Origin: an uncultured Gemmatimonadales bacterium
GTDB lineage: Bacteria; Gemmatimonadota; Gemmatimonadetes; Longimicrobiales; RSA9
Direction of reading: 5' to 3'
Length of the DNA stretch: 64,000 nt
Assembly (NCBI GenBank): GCA_963798845.1
Contig: CAWCUS010000006.1
Location: forward strand, 320,001-384,000
The notes beneath the pieces are model-generated. The model ran no database searches. It was not told where the DNA came from and was given only the letters and a program-made list of their open reading frames with translations. Below, piece by piece: positions 1 through 10,157 of this stretch. A program made the position numbers and the translations under genes. Within the stretch, counting starts at the first letter, position 1. The number at the start of each line of letters is the position of its first letter.

Positions 1-190
1 CATCGCCGGGATGCTCAGCGTCGGCCTCGTCGACCGCCTCACCGGCATCGCTTTCCTCTGGCTCAATGTCGTGGGGGCCGTGGCCGTGGTCACCGTCGGC
101 ATGGCCCTGAGCTGGCTGGCACCCGGCCAGCTCGCCCCGGCCGTCCCACCCCCGGACGCCCCCCTCCCCCAGGAGCCGCGCCCGGGGTGA
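1..190 (+). CDS. C-terminal fragment of a membrane transporter, probably sodium:solute symporter family (5' truncated by window)
   Basis: Frame 2 reads IAGMLSVGLVDRLTGIAFLWLNVVGAVAVVTVGMALSWLAP...* (TGA 188-190); two hydrophobic helices resembling SSS C-termini. Confidence 0.5.
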   Translation, partial: IAGMLSVGLVDRLTGIAFLWLNVVGAVAVVTVGMALSWLAPGQLAPAVPPPDAPLPQEPRPG

Positions 191-384
191 CCGGCCTCAC
201 GGCCGCCCGCGACCGCACGCCTCCCCTGGGCGCCCGGCTGCGCGCCCTGCCGTCCACACACGCGCCACTCACTTCCTGACCGCCCCGGCCCGACCATTGC
301 ACGTCGTTCGCGTCCGCGCTGCCCAGGGCCCGCTCGACTCCAGCGGGTCAATGGGTTCAACGGTCCAGAGCTCCACCGGTCGAC

Positions 385-1344
385 ATGTCCCCGTCCCGGG
401 CACCCCGCCGCTCGCCTCCGGCCATCCGCGTCGGCATCTCCGGCTGGCGTTACCCCGGTTGGCGCGGCGACTTCTACCCGGAATCGCTGCCCCAGCGCGC
501 CGAGATGGCCTACGCCTGCAGCCGCTTCCCCACCGTCGAGCTGAACGGGACGTTCTATTCCCTCCAGCGCGCGGCCTATTTCGAGAAATGGCGCGAGGAC
601 ACCGGCGACGATTTCGTGTTCGCAATCAAGGGGAGCCGGTTCATCACCCACATGCTCCAGCTGAACGAGCCGCGGCAAGCGCTGGCCAACTTCTTCGCCC
701 AGGGCATCCTGGCGCTCGGCGCCAGGCTCGGGCCCATCCTCTGGCAGTTCTCGAGTCGGTTCCGGTTCCGCGAGGAAAAGCTGCGCCCCTTCCTCGCGCT
801 CCTCCCCCACGACCAGGCGCACGCCGCCCGCCTCGCCCGGGAGCACGACCACCGCGTCAAGGACCCCGCCGTCGCGCTGCAAAGCGAGCGCCTCGCCGGC
901 ACACGGGTTCGCCACGCCCTCGAAGTCCGCCACGAGAGCTTCATCACGCCCGCCTTCCTCGACCTCCTCCGCGAGCACGACGCCGCCGCCGTCGTTTCCG
1001 ACAACCCCGGCCTCTACCCGGTCATCGACGAGCCCACCACCGATTTCATGTACCTGCGCCTCCACGGCGCCGAAGCCATGTACGCCGGCAGCTACACCGA
1101 CTCCGCCCTCGACCAATGGGCCAGCCGCATCGCCGGCTGGCACGCTCCCCGGCCGACTGAGGCGCCCGAGAACGACGACGACGCCGAGCACCACGGGGTC
1201 GAACCCGCCCGGCATGACGTCTTCGCGTACTTCGACAACGACCAGAAGACCCGCGCCCCCTTTGACGCTCGCCGGCTCATGGAGCGGCTCCACCTCGAGG
1301 CTTCCTTCTTTGCCCCGGGTACGGAGGACGGCATGCCCTTCTGA
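385..1344 (+). CDS. DUF72 family protein
   Basis: IRVGISGWRY..W...FYP, VELNGTFY, FAIKGSRFITH, ALEVRHESF, YLRLHG, YFDND motifs. Confidence 0.92.
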   Translation: MSPSRAPRRSPPAIRVGISGWRYPGWRGDFYPESLPQRAEMAYACSRFPTVELNGTFYSLQRAAYFEKWREDTGDDFVFAIKGSRFITHMLQLNEPRQALANFFAQGILALGARLGPILWQFSSRFRFREEKLRPFLALLPHDQAHAARLAREHDHRVKDPAVALQSERLAGTRVRHALEVRHESFITPAFLDLLREHDAAAVVSDNPGLYPVIDEPTTDFMYLRLHGAEAMYAGSYTDSALDQWASRIAGWHAPRPTEAPENDDDAEHHGVEPARHDVFAYFDNDQKTRAPFDARRLMERLHLEASFFAPGTEDGMPF

Positions 1345-1414
1345 CGGGTGCACCCGGTCTCCCGTCTCTCCCCCGCGGTTTCCCGGTTTCCACATTTCCC
1401 ATACCTTCTCCCCC

Positions 1415-1732
1415 ATGGACAACCCACGAATCCAGAGCCTCCGGCGAATGCTCGAGAAGCACCCGTCGGACGCACGGCTTCATTTCGGCCTGGCCCTCGA
1501 GCACGAGAAGCTGGGGCAATGGGAAGACGTCGCGGCCCAGCTCCGCCGTTATCTCGAGCTGACCGAGGACCAGGGCAACGCCTGGGGACGCCTCGGCGCC
1601 GCGCTCCGCCGCCTGGAGCGCGATGAGGAGGCCCGCGAGGCGTATCGCGCCGGTGCGGACGCCGCGCGGCGGCACCATCACCCTTCGATGGCCGAGGAGT
1701 TCGATGAGATCCTGGAGGAGTGGGGCGATTAG
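1415..1732 (+). CDS. Small tetratricopeptide repeat protein
   Basis: MDNPRIQSLRRMLEKHPSDARLHFGLALEHEKLG...AWGRLGAALRRL; TPR-like helices; ATG at 1415. Confidence 0.8.
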   Translation: MDNPRIQSLRRMLEKHPSDARLHFGLALEHEKLGQWEDVAAQLRRYLELTEDQGNAWGRLGAALRRLERDEEAREAYRAGADAARRHHHPSMAEEFDEILEEWGD

Positions 1733-1759
1733 CGCGCAGGCTCCACCACCGGGGAGGTC

Positions 1760-2425
1760 ATGAGCTTCCTTTCCTTCTTCCTTGCGGCGCACCTGATCTG
1801 GATCTCCGGCCCGGGGCGGCTCACCGTCCGCCCTCCCGCCGAGGCCGCCGACACCGGCACCTACTACATCCTTCGGAGCGACATCCTGATCGGTCGCGAG
1901 CGGTACGCCCGCAGCGACACCCTCCTCACGGTCGAGCTCGCGTTCCAGGACCAGCCCCGCCTCGACGTCCGGGCATCACTCCGCCTCGACGCCACGGTCC
2001 GCCGCCTCGAGCTGCGCGTTTTCCCGGCCGACCTCGAGGACACGACGCTGATCCAGTCCTCCGCAGCCACCTTCTCCGACGGGGCCGTGCAGCTCGAGCA
2101 GCCGATCGGTACGCCCGCAGCGGACACCGTCCAGGTGCCCGCCGGGACGCTCCCCTTCCTCAGCCCCAGCCCCTCCTTCATCGAGCAGATCGTTCGGCGC
2201 GCCCGGGTCCTCGGCGCCCAGAAACCCGTGAGGATCTGGATTCCGGATGCCGGGGGCGGTCGCGTCCTGCCCGTGACCGTGACCTTTACGGACAACGGGC
2301 TCGCCACCGTGCAGTTCGAGGAAATCCGTGCAGAGCTCGCCTTCGACCACGACGGCGTCCTTCTCGGGGCCGCCATCCCCGCTCGGGCCATCCGCATCCA
2401 CCGGGCACCACCGCCCGAGGACTAG
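1760..2425 (+). CDS. Hypothetical exported protein
   Basis: GGAGG RBS, hydrophobic N-terminus, beta-rich body, host-like codon use. Confidence 0.7.
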   Translation: MSFLSFFLAAHLIWISGPGRLTVRPPAEAADTGTYYILRSDILIGRERYARSDTLLTVELAFQDQPRLDVRASLRLDATVRRLELRVFPADLEDTTLIQSSAATFSDGAVQLEQPIGTPAADTVQVPAGTLPFLSPSPSFIEQIVRRARVLGAQKPVRIWIPDAGGGRVLPVTVTFTDNGLATVQFEEIRAELAFDHDGVLLGAAIPARAIRIHRAPPPED

Positions 2426-2429
2426 AAGG

Positions 2430-3032
2430 CTACTCCAGCAGGCTCCCCTGCCCCCCCACCGGCGGGACTTCGTGGCACGCCCGGCAGCGCGCCTCGTACG
2501 ACTCCAGCCCCCCCACCTGGATCGTCGGCCCCTCCGCCGGCGCCGGGCGGCCATCGATCAGCCGCTGGTTCCGCGTCGCCAGCTCTCCGCACCGAACGCA
2601 GATCGCGTTCAGCTTGTCCACCTTCTCCGCCACCGCCAGCAGCGCCCCGATCGGACCGAACGGTCGACCCCGGAAATCCATGTCCGTCCCCGCCACGATC
2701 ACCCGAACCCCGCGGTCCGCCAGCGCGTTCGCCACCCTCACCACACCGTCATCCAGAAACTGCACCTCGTCCACCGCCACCACTTCCGTGTCCGGACGAA
2801 CCCGCGCCATCAGCTCCGCTGAAGTCGAGATCGGTTCCGCTTCCACCCGCCCCAGATCGTGTGAGATCACCTCGCGGATCCCGTAGCGATCGTCCAGCTG
2901 CGATTTGAAGACCTGCACCCGGTTTCGCGCCAGCGTCGCCCGCCGCACGCGACGGATCAGCTCCTCGGATTTCCCCGAGAACATGACCCCGCTCACCACC
3001 TCGATCCATCCCGTCCGCTTCGCTCCTCCCAT
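2430..3032 (-). CDS. tdk: Thymidine kinase
   Basis: [15 protein letters not shown]-loop, [23 protein letters not shown]...YEARCRAC Zn site. Confidence 0.97.
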   Translation of the reverse strand: MGGAKRTGWIEVVSGVMFSGKSEELIRRVRRATLARNRVQVFKSQLDDRYGIREVISHDLGRVEAEPISTSAELMARVRPDTEVVAVDEVQFLDDGVVRVANALADRGVRVIVAGTDMDFRGRPFGPIGALLAVAEKVDKLNAICVRCGELATRNQRLIDGRPAPAEGPTIQVGGLESYEARCRACHEVPPVGGQGSLLE

Positions 3033-3098
3033 GGCCGCCAACCTACCCGCGCCCCCCTCCCCCCGTCCACCCCTCCAGCCCTCCCCTCCTGTGAGAGA

Positions 3099-3320
3099 GC
3101 CCGAGCCCCTCTGCGAGGGCGAAGCCCGAGCCCCTCTGCGAGGCCGAAGCCCGAGCCCCTCTGCGAGGCCGAAGCCCGAGCCCCTCTGCGAGGCCGAAGC
3201 CCGAGCCCCTCTGCGAGGCCGAAGGCCGAGCCCCTCTGCGAGGGCGAAGGCCCGAGCCCCTCTGCGAGGGCGAAGCCCGAGCCCCTCTGCGAGGCCGGAA
3301 GGCCGAGCCCCTCTGTAGGG
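3099..3320. repeat. Tandem repeat, ~25-bp unit GCCCGAGCCCCTCTGCGAGG(C/G)CGAA, ~9 copies
   Basis: Directly visible; units start at 3099, 3124, 3149, 3174, 3199, 3224, 3249, 3275, 3301 (last partial); no spacers. Confidence 0.95.
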
Positions 3321-3416
3321 AATCCCCCCACACTCCCCCGCCGAACTTCCTCCATTCCCCTACATACACTCTCCCCAATACAGGATAACCTTATGCACAA
3401 ATAAGGAATGCAACCC

Positions 3417-3884
3417 ATGAACCTCTCTCAAACGGCTGAACACGCGCTCCGCGCCGTCCTCTTCCTGGCACGACAGCCGGAGCGGACGCGCGTTCCTGCC
3501 GAAGCGATCGCCGACGCGCTGGGCGCGCCGCGGAACTACCTCGCCAAGACCCTGGGCGTCCTGGCCAGGGCGGGCGTGATCGACGGAATGCGAGGGCCGA
3601 CGGGTGGGTTCCAGCTCAGGGTTCCCGCGCGCGAGCTGACGCTCGCGAGGGTGGTCCTGGAGTTCGATGAGCCGGCGCCTGGCCGGATGTGTCTGGTGGG
3701 GGGCCACCTGTGCGACAGTCTGGCGCCGTGCGTGGCCCATGGGCGGTGGATGTCGGTGCGGGCGGCGGCCCGGGCGCCGATGGAGCAGACCACGATTGCG
3801 GACCTCCTGAGCGGTGCGGCGGGAGTGGCGCGTCCGGAGCCGGAAGTCGCGATCCGGCAACATAGAATGGAGGAGGGGCGATGA
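3417..3884 (+). CDS. Rrf2 family transcriptional regulator (Fe-S type)
   Basis: [42 protein letters not shown]-x6-C-x5-C-x2-H; alternative start 3408; stop overlaps nirK ATG. Confidence 0.92.
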   Translation: MNLSQTAEHALRAVLFLARQPERTRVPAEAIADALGAPRNYLAKTLGVLARAGVIDGMRGPTGGFQLRVPARELTLARVVLEFDEPAPGRMCLVGGHLCDSLAPCVAHGRWMSVRAAARAPMEQTTIADLLSGAAGVARPEPEVAIRQHRMEEGR

Positions 3885-5005
3885 GTGAGATCAGGAAGAT
3901 GGTGAAGGCTCGCTGGGTGACGATCGGAGCGTTCGGAGCGCTGCTGGCGGCGAGCGCGGTCGCCTTTACGCTGTCGGCGGCCGAGCCGGAGACGCCGATG
4001 AGCGCCGCGATCCCGACGACCCCGAAGCTGCCGGAGATCCGGGGCGAGGAGCACGCGCAGCTCACGACGCCGCCGTTCGTGCCGGCGCCGATCACCCGGG
4101 ATTACGCCACGAAGGTGATCGTCGACCTGGAAGTGGTCGAGAAGCCCATGAAGCTGGCCGACGGGGTCGAGTACAACATGTGGACGTTCGGCGGCACGGT
4201 CCCGGGGCGGTTCATCCGGGTGCGGGAGGGTGACCTGGTGGACTTCCACCTCCAGAACGCTCCCGGGAACATGATGCCTCACAACATCGACCTGCACGCG
4301 GTCACCGGCCCGGGCGGCGGCGCGAAGGCCACGATGACGATGCCTGGCAAGGAGACGTCGTTCGAGTTCCGGGCCCTCAAGCCCGGGCTGTACGTCTACC
4401 ACTGCGCGATGGCGCCGGTCGGGATCCACATGGCCAACGGCATGTACGGGCTGATCCTGGTGGAGCCGAAGGAGGGGCTGCCGAAGGTCGACCGCGAGTA
4501 CTACGTCATGCAGGGCGAGTTCTACACGAAGGGGAGGTACGGGGAGGCGGGGCTGCAGAGCTTCGACATGGACAAAGCGCTCTCCGAGACGCCCGACTAC
4601 GTGGTCTTCAACGGCGCCGTCGGCTCACTCACGGGGGAGCACGCCCTGAAGGCGCAAACGGGTGAGACCGTCCGCCTGTTCGTCGGCGACGCGGGGCCGA
4701 ATCTGGTCAGCTCGTTCCACGTCATCGGCGAGATCTTCGACAACGTGTACCGCGAGGGCGGGATCACGGCGGAGCACAACGTCCAGACCACGTTGATCCC
4801 GGCGGGCGCGGCGAGCACCGTCGAGTTCCGGGTCGAGGTCCCCGGCGACTACATCCTCGTCGACCACGCGATCTTCCGTGCGTTCAACAAGGGGGCCCTG
4901 GGGATCCTGTCCGTCTCGGGGGACAAGAACCTGGCAGTTTTCAGCGGGCAGACGTCGGATCGGGATTACGCCCCATCCGCGACGGCCCCGGCGGACCAGG
5001 ACTGA
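3881..5005 (+). CDS. nirK: Copper-containing nitrite reductase (AniA-like)
   Basis: [37 protein letters not shown]: type-1/type-2 Cu ligands and catalytic Asp/His; N-terminal signal. Confidence 0.96.
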   Translation: MSEIRKMVKARWVTIGAFGALLAASAVAFTLSAAEPETPMSAAIPTTPKLPEIRGEEHAQLTTPPFVPAPITRDYATKVIVDLEVVEKPMKLADGVEYNMWTFGGTVPGRFIRVREGDLVDFHLQNAPGNMMPHNIDLHAVTGPGGGAKATMTMPGKETSFEFRALKPGLYVYHCAMAPVGIHMANGMYGLILVEPKEGLPKVDREYYVMQGEFYTKGRYGEAGLQSFDMDKALSETPDYVVFNGAVGSLTGEHALKAQTGETVRLFVGDAGPNLVSSFHVIGEIFDNVYREGGITAEHNVQTTLIPAGAASTVEFRVEVPGDYILVDHAIFRAFNKGALGILSVSGDKNLAVFSGQTSDRDYAPSATAPADQD

Positions 5006-5018
5006 CCTCGCCACGGGA

Positions 5019-5810
5019 ATGACCGTTCGACGACTGGCCGCCCTGCTCCTCGCCTTGCCCCTCCCCCTCGCCGCCCAGACGGGGAGGGAGGGAGCGGGCG
5101 CGCCCATGGAGCGCCCCGGCGACATGGTCGTGGTCCCCGCCGGCAGCTACACCCCTCTCTACTCCCCGGACAGCGCCGTGGTCTCGGTCGCCGCGTTCCG
5201 ACTCGACGCTTTTCCGGTCACGCGCGCCCAATTCGCGGCCTTCCTCGCAGCGGAGCCCCGGTGGCGGCGGAGCCGCGTCAAGCCGGTGTTCGCCGACAGC
5301 CGCTATCTGTCCGACTGGGACGAAGACGTGCGGCCTGGCGCCAGACCGAACGCACCGGTCACGGCGGTTTCGTGGTTCGCGGCGCGCGCCTACTGCCAGT
5401 GGGCCGGGAAGCGGCTCCCCACCACCGACGAGTGGGAATACGCCGGTCGCGCCGACGAGACGCGGCGGGACGCCGAGTCCGATCCCGCGCACCAGCAGCG
5501 GCTCGTGGACCTGGAGACACGAAGGTCGCGCCAGCTTCCGGACGTCGGGACCGTCTTCCGGAGCGTGTTCGGCGTCCACGACATGCACGGCCTGGTCTGG
5601 GAATGGGTCCGTGACTTCAACAGCGTCACCGTGGCCGGCGACTCCCGCGGCACCGCCGCCCGCGACGTCCAGCTCTTCTGCGCTGCCAGCGCGGAGGGGG
5701 CCACCGACACCGGCGACTACGCCGCGTTCATGCGCTACGCGTTTCGGGCGAGCCTGCAGGGCCGGGCCACCGCGCCCGTCCTGGGCTTCCGGTGCGCTGA
5801 CGACCTCTGA
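5019..5810 (+). CDS. Formylglycine-generating enzyme (SUMF1) family protein, NirV-like
   Basis: Signal peptide; PVT.VSWFAARAYCQWAGKRLPTTDEWEYA, DMHGLVWEW, LGFRCA; follows nirK. Confidence 0.88.
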   Translation: MTVRRLAALLLALPLPLAAQTGREGAGAPMERPGDMVVVPAGSYTPLYSPDSAVVSVAAFRLDAFPVTRAQFAAFLAAEPRWRRSRVKPVFADSRYLSDWDEDVRPGARPNAPVTAVSWFAARAYCQWAGKRLPTTDEWEYAGRADETRRDAESDPAHQQRLVDLETRRSRQLPDVGTVFRSVFGVHDMHGLVWEWVRDFNSVTVAGDSRGTAARDVQLFCAASAEGATDTGDYAAFMRYAFRASLQGRATAPVLGFRCADDL

Positions 5811-5858
5811 CACTTCGGCCCGCCCTTGATCATCATGAACAGCTACGGCTCCGTCACC

Positions 5859-6509
5859 ATGCGCCGGCTTCTGCTCACCCTCACTCTGGTGTTGCCATTC
5901 GGTCCGGGGGCATGCGCTCCATCGGACCACGACGTCGTGGAGAAGGCGGCGGCCGACACCGGCATGGCAATGGACCAGGCTGCCATGCACCACGACGCAC
6001 CGCCCGCCGCCGACCCCTCCGACTTCTCCGTCTACAACGCGGAGTCCACGTGGCGGGATGCCTCCGGGGCTGAGCGGCGGCTCGGGTCGCTTTCCGGGCG
6101 ACCCCGGGTCCTCGCCATGATCTACACCAACTGCGCTTTCGCCTGTCCCCGGATCCTCGCAGACATGAAGCGGATCGAGGCCGGCCTCCCGGACGCGCTG
6201 GGCGACCGGGTCGGCTTCGTCCTGGTCACGATCGACCCCGAGCGTGACACGCCGAAGCACCTCGCGGAGTTCGCCCGTGGCGCTCGCCTCGACACGGCGC
6301 GCTGGACGCTCCTCACCGGGGATGAAGGGAGCACCCTCGAGCTCGCGGCTCTGCTCGGGGTCCAGTACCGCCGGACCGGCCCAGGACAATGGGTCCACAG
6401 CAACCTGATCACCCTCCTTGACGCGCGAGGCGAAGTGTCCTTCCGGCAGCTGGGTCTCGGCACGGACCCGGCGCCCATGCTCGACGCCATCAGCTCTCTC
6501 TCGGACTGA
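5859..6509 (+). CDS. SCO1/SenC family copper chaperone
   Basis: YTNCAFACP (CxxxC), TIDPERDTP, WVHSN conserved His; start 5835 or 5859. Confidence 0.93.
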   Translation: MRRLLLTLTLVLPFGPGACAPSDHDVVEKAAADTGMAMDQAAMHHDAPPAADPSDFSVYNAESTWRDASGAERRLGSLSGRPRVLAMIYTNCAFACPRILADMKRIEAGLPDALGDRVGFVLVTIDPERDTPKHLAEFARGARLDTARWTLLTGDEGSTLELAALLGVQYRRTGPGQWVHSNLITLLDARGEVSFRQLGLGTDPAPMLDAISSLSD

Positions 6510-6573
6510 TCGTTGACCCCGCCGGGCGCCGGGTGCACCATCACCCTCCTCTTCTCGTGCACCAGGAGCGTTC

Positions 6574-7902
6574 GTGCACCTCGTCTGGCACCGTGACGAC
6601 CTGCGGGTCCATGACCACCCGCCTCTCGTCGCAGCAGCGGCGGCGGCCCCCGTTGCAGGCGTGGTCGTACTCGAACCGGACATGCTGGACGGCGAGCTCC
6701 GCCCCCGCGACACGTTCTATCTCCGCTGCGTCGCCGCGCTGCGCGACGAGTACACGGCCCGCGGAGGCATCCTCCTGGTCCGGCCCGGTCTCCCCCAGGA
6801 GGTCCTGCCGGAGCTCGTTCGCCAGCTCGGATCCGTGGACGTCGTCCACGCGATTTCGGCGGTGCCCCGCGCGGCGCGAGACACCGAGCGGGAATGCGCG
6901 CGCACGCTCGGCGCGACGGCGCTGCGCCTGCACGAAGGGGCCTACGTCCACGAGCCGGACGAGGTCCGGACCTCGGCGGGGACCTTCTACACCGTGTTCG
7001 CGCCCTTCTTCCGACACTGGCGCTCCCTCGGCACACCGGCGCCGCTTCCGCCACCACGCCACATCACCACCGACCCCCGCGCCGCCGCCCTGGACCCCGG
7101 TGCCATCCCGGGTCCCCCCAGCGAGATGCAGCTCCCGCCTGCGGGCGAGGCAGCCGCCCTCGACGCCCTCGAGGCGTTCGTCGCCGAGCGCCTTCCGGCG
7201 TATGATCGCGATCGGGATCGCCTCGACGGCCGTGGCAGCTCGCACCTCTCGCCGTGGCTGGCCGTGGGCGCGCTCTCGGCTCGGGCGGCATCAGCCCGCG
7301 TCGAAGCGGTGTCCGGCCCCCGCGCACGTCAGGCGGCCGAGAAGTGGCTGTCCGAGCTCGCATGGCGCGACTTCCTGGCGGACCTCCTGTATCACCGACC
7401 GGACCTGCGCACTGCGCCGTTCGACCCCCGCTGGACGCGCCTCTCCTGGCCCGGAGACGACGACCGTTTCACCGCGTGGCGAGACGGCCGGACGGGCGTT
7501 GCCGCCGTCAATGCGGCAATGCATCAGCTCGCCCGCACCGGCTGGATCTCCAACCGGGCCCGCATGATCGCCGCGCAGTTTCTGGCCAAGAACCTCCGCG
7601 TCGACTGGCGCCGCGGCGCCCGCGTCTTCGAGGACTGGCTGGTGGACGCAGACGTCGCCTCCAACACGGGCAACTGGCAGTGGGCCGCCGGCCTGGGCAT
7701 CGACAACGTGCCGTATTTCCGGGTCATGAACCCCGAGTCTCAGGCCCGGCGTCATGATCCCGACGGCGAGTGGCGCCGCCGCTGGGCTCCCCCTCAGCCT
7801 GGCGATCCGCACCCGGACCACCCCATCGTGGACCTGGCCGAATCGCGCAGGGCCTACGTCGAGGCGGCAAGGAGAGCGCACTCCGGCGACGCTCCGGGGT
7901 AG
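6574..7902 (+). CDS. phr: Deoxyribodipyrimidine photolyase / cryptochrome family
   Basis: VWHRDDLRVHDHP, SHLSPWLAVGALS, ELAWRDF, GWISNRARMI, DADVASNTGNWQWAAG, YFRVMNP. Confidence 0.92.
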   Translation: MHLVWHRDDLRVHDHPPLVAAAAAAPVAGVVVLEPDMLDGELRPRDTFYLRCVAALRDEYTARGGILLVRPGLPQEVLPELVRQLGSVDVVHAISAVPRAARDTERECARTLGATALRLHEGAYVHEPDEVRTSAGTFYTVFAPFFRHWRSLGTPAPLPPPRHITTDPRAAALDPGAIPGPPSEMQLPPAGEAAALDALEAFVAERLPAYDRDRDRLDGRGSSHLSPWLAVGALSARAASARVEAVSGPRARQAAEKWLSELAWRDFLADLLYHRPDLRTAPFDPRWTRLSWPGDDDRFTAWRDGRTGVAAVNAAMHQLARTGWISNRARMIAAQFLAKNLRVDWRRGARVFEDWLVDADVASNTGNWQWAAGLGIDNVPYFRVMNPESQARRHDPDGEWRRRWAPPQPGDPHPDHPIVDLAESRRAYVEAARRAHSGDAPG

Positions 7903-7960
7903 CACCGCGTGTCCGCATCGACGGCCCTCGCGCGTTCAACGCCCGGAGCCACCCATCGCC

Positions 7961-8809
7961 ATGACGCACACCAGGTTGCACTTCGGACTCGCCACGGTCG
8001 TCGCGGCCCTCGCCCTCCTGCCGGGTCCGGGGCGGGCGCAGAACCAGTACATCACTGGACGTGTCCTCGATGACGAATCCGAGCAGCCGCTGGAAGGCGT
8101 GCACCTGGCCCTCCTCGACTCGGCCGGGGTCCAGCGCGCCGACGCCCTCTCCGATTCCGTCGGTACCTTCGCCCTGACCGTTCCCCGGCCCGGGAAGTGG
8201 TGGGTTTCGGCCGGGATCATCGGGCACTCGGCTGTCCGTTCCGAGCCTCTCGACCTCGAGCTCGGCGAACGGGTCACACTCGAGGTCCGCATGGCCGTGG
8301 CCGCCGTCCCGCTCGACCCGATCGTCGTCACCGGCCGCGCCCACCTGAGCCCCGACATCCGCCAGTTCTACGAGCGGAGGAACCGAGGGGAACGCTCCGG
8401 CTTCGGCCAGTACATCACTGCCGCCGAAATCGACGATCGCGGCCCCATCGAGGCCACCGATCTGTTTTACGGCGTCGCGGGAGTGCGGGTCGTCCCTGGC
8501 GCTACCGGCTCCGGCCGGAGTCTTCGCATGACCGCCGGTTGCGTGCCGGCCGTCTTCATCGACGGGATGCAGATCAACCGCTTCCGCGCCAGTGAGTCCA
8601 TCGACGACTACCTTCCGGTCTTCTCCATTGAAGGCATCGAGATCTATCGCGGCGCCGGCTACCAGGTAGGACGCTTCAACGATCCCGGGGGGTGCGGCCT
8701 CGTCCTCATCTGGACCCGCCGCGGCGAGATGGAGCCGGGCTCCCACTTCTCATGGAAGAAGCTCGCGCTGGGGCTCGGGCTCGTCGCCGCCATCTTCTTG
8801 ATCCTCTGA
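7961..8809 (+). CDS. Carboxypeptidase-regulatory-like domain + TonB plug-like domain exported protein
   Basis: Signal peptide, ITGRVLDDESEQPLEG, LDPIVVTG, CVPAVFIDG, IEGIEIYRG, CGLVLIWTR; C-terminal hydrophobic tail. Confidence 0.75.
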   Translation: MTHTRLHFGLATVVAALALLPGPGRAQNQYITGRVLDDESEQPLEGVHLALLDSAGVQRADALSDSVGTFALTVPRPGKWWVSAGIIGHSAVRSEPLDLELGERVTLEVRMAVAAVPLDPIVVTGRAHLSPDIRQFYERRNRGERSGFGQYITAAEIDDRGPIEATDLFYGVAGVRVVPGATGSGRSLRMTAGCVPAVFIDGMQINRFRASESIDDYLPVFSIEGIEIYRGAGYQVGRFNDPGGCGLVLIWTRRGEMEPGSHFSWKKLALGLGLVAAIFLIL

Positions 8810-8893
8810 GCGCGGCGCTCACTGGCTTGGTCCGGCCGCTCCCGCCCCCTACATTGTCGCCCCCGACCCTTTTCGAGCCCACGGAGGCGCCCC

Positions 8894-9100
8894 ATGCCGA
8901 ACCACGTCTACAAGAAGGTCGAGCTCACCGGATCGTCCCCGGACGGAATCAATGAAGCGATTCGAAGCGCGGTTTCCCGGGCCAGCGAAACCATTCACAA
9001 CCTGCGCTGGTTCGAGGTCGGCGAGATCCGCGGCCACATCGAGAACGGGCAGGTCGCTCACTGGCAGGTCACCGTGAAGATCGGCTTCACGCTGGACTGA
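8894..9100 (+). CDS. Dodecin (flavin-binding)
   Basis: [12 protein letters not shown]...LRWFEV.EIRGHI...[13 protein letters not shown]. Confidence 0.95.
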   Translation: MPNHVYKKVELTGSSPDGINEAIRSAVSRASETIHNLRWFEVGEIRGHIENGQVAHWQVTVKIGFTLD

Positions 9101-9144
9101 CGGCCACCTTCCAACCGGCGGGCAATCGCCGGCGTGGGCCGCTT

Positions 9145-10041
9145 TCAGGACGCGAGTCGCTCGAGCAGCTCGCGCATGGCGAGGTCGTGGACGTCCGCAG
9201 AGGCATCCTCCTCCGCCACCTCGCCCGCCGCCTGCGGGGTCTCCAGGATCAGGGGGATGCCCCGGCTGCGAGGGTCGGCGAGAAGCCAGCGGAAGGGCTC
9301 CTCGCCGATCTCACCCTCGCCGATGAGCGCGTGGCGGTCACGATTCGTGCCGAGGCCGTACTGGCTGTCGTTCAGGTGGAAGAAGGACGGCCCCTGCCCC
9401 GTGGCCGCCTGGAACGCGTCCAGCGCCTCCCGCAACCCCGCTTCCGACGACGCGATATCGTAGCCTGCGCTGAAGAGGTGGCAGGTATCCAGGCCGTACC
9501 CGGTTCTCCCCCTGAGCGACGGCGGGACAGCGTCCAGGATCGTTCCCACCTCCTCGGCCGTCCGGCCCACCGTGTTCCCGGCCCCCGCCGTGTTCTCCAC
9601 CCACAGGCACGTGTTCGAAGCCACGCCCTCGAGCGCATTCGTGATCGCTTCGCTCACCAACCCCAGCGCCTGCTCCACGTCTCCCTTCCCCGCGCTCCCG
9701 GGGTGGAAGCAGACGCCGCGCGCGCCGATCGCGCTCGATCGCTCCAGCTCCTTGGCGAGGCCCGCGTGCGCCCGCCCCCTCTTCTCCGGGTCCTGGTTCG
9801 CGGTGTTGAGCACATAGGCGGCATGGACCACCACGTGCGCCGGCGGGATCCCCGTCTCCTCCAGCGCCGCGAGGAACCGCTCCACGCGCTCCTCCCGGAT
9901 GCTCGACCGGTCGCCATAGAACTTCGGGATGGCGGTGAACAGCTGCACGGCGTTCAGACCTGCGGCTTTCGCACGACGCACGGCCATGTCGATCCCACCG
10001 GTATCCACGGTGTGCGCTCCGAAGATGTGTGGCTTCGCCAT
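9145..10041 (-). CDS. nfo: Endonuclease IV (AP endonuclease 2)
   Basis: Zn ligands HAAY, FHPG, ENTAG, DTCH, HLNDS, DRH, ETP all present. Confidence 0.95.
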   Translation of the reverse strand: MAKPHIFGAHTVDTGGIDMAVRRAKAAGLNAVQLFTAIPKFYGDRSSIREERVERFLAALEETGIPPAHVVVHAAYVLNTANQDPEKRGRAHAGLAKELERSSAIGARGVCFHPGSAGKGDVEQALGLVSEAITNALEGVASNTCLWVENTAGAGNTVGRTAEEVGTILDAVPPSLRGRTGYGLDTCHLFSAGYDIASSEAGLREALDAFQAATGQGPSFFHLNDSQYGLGTNRDRHALIGEGEIGEEPFRWLLADPRSRGIPLILETPQAAGEVAEEDASADVHDLAMRELLERLAS

Positions 10042-10157
10042 TCCGCTCGTCCCCCCTGTTCGCTCGCGCCTCCGCCGCGTCCCCGCTCAGCCCCTTCCGC
10101 CGCCCATCGAATCTCCCCGCGGCGCCGGTCTCCGGCAACCCGGTCCTGGTCCGTGCG

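Noticed and set aside
3099..3320. CRISPR array, or the ORFs 2905-3318, 2993-3418 and 3043-3378 spanning the repeat
   Set aside because: Units are contiguous with no unique spacers and no cas genes; the ORFs are translations of a 25-bp (non-triplet) repeat.
3377..3406. AT-rich GGATA-ACCT-TATGC as an NsrR/IscR operator
   Set aside because: Plausible position, but symmetry is weak and I cannot match it to a known consensus.
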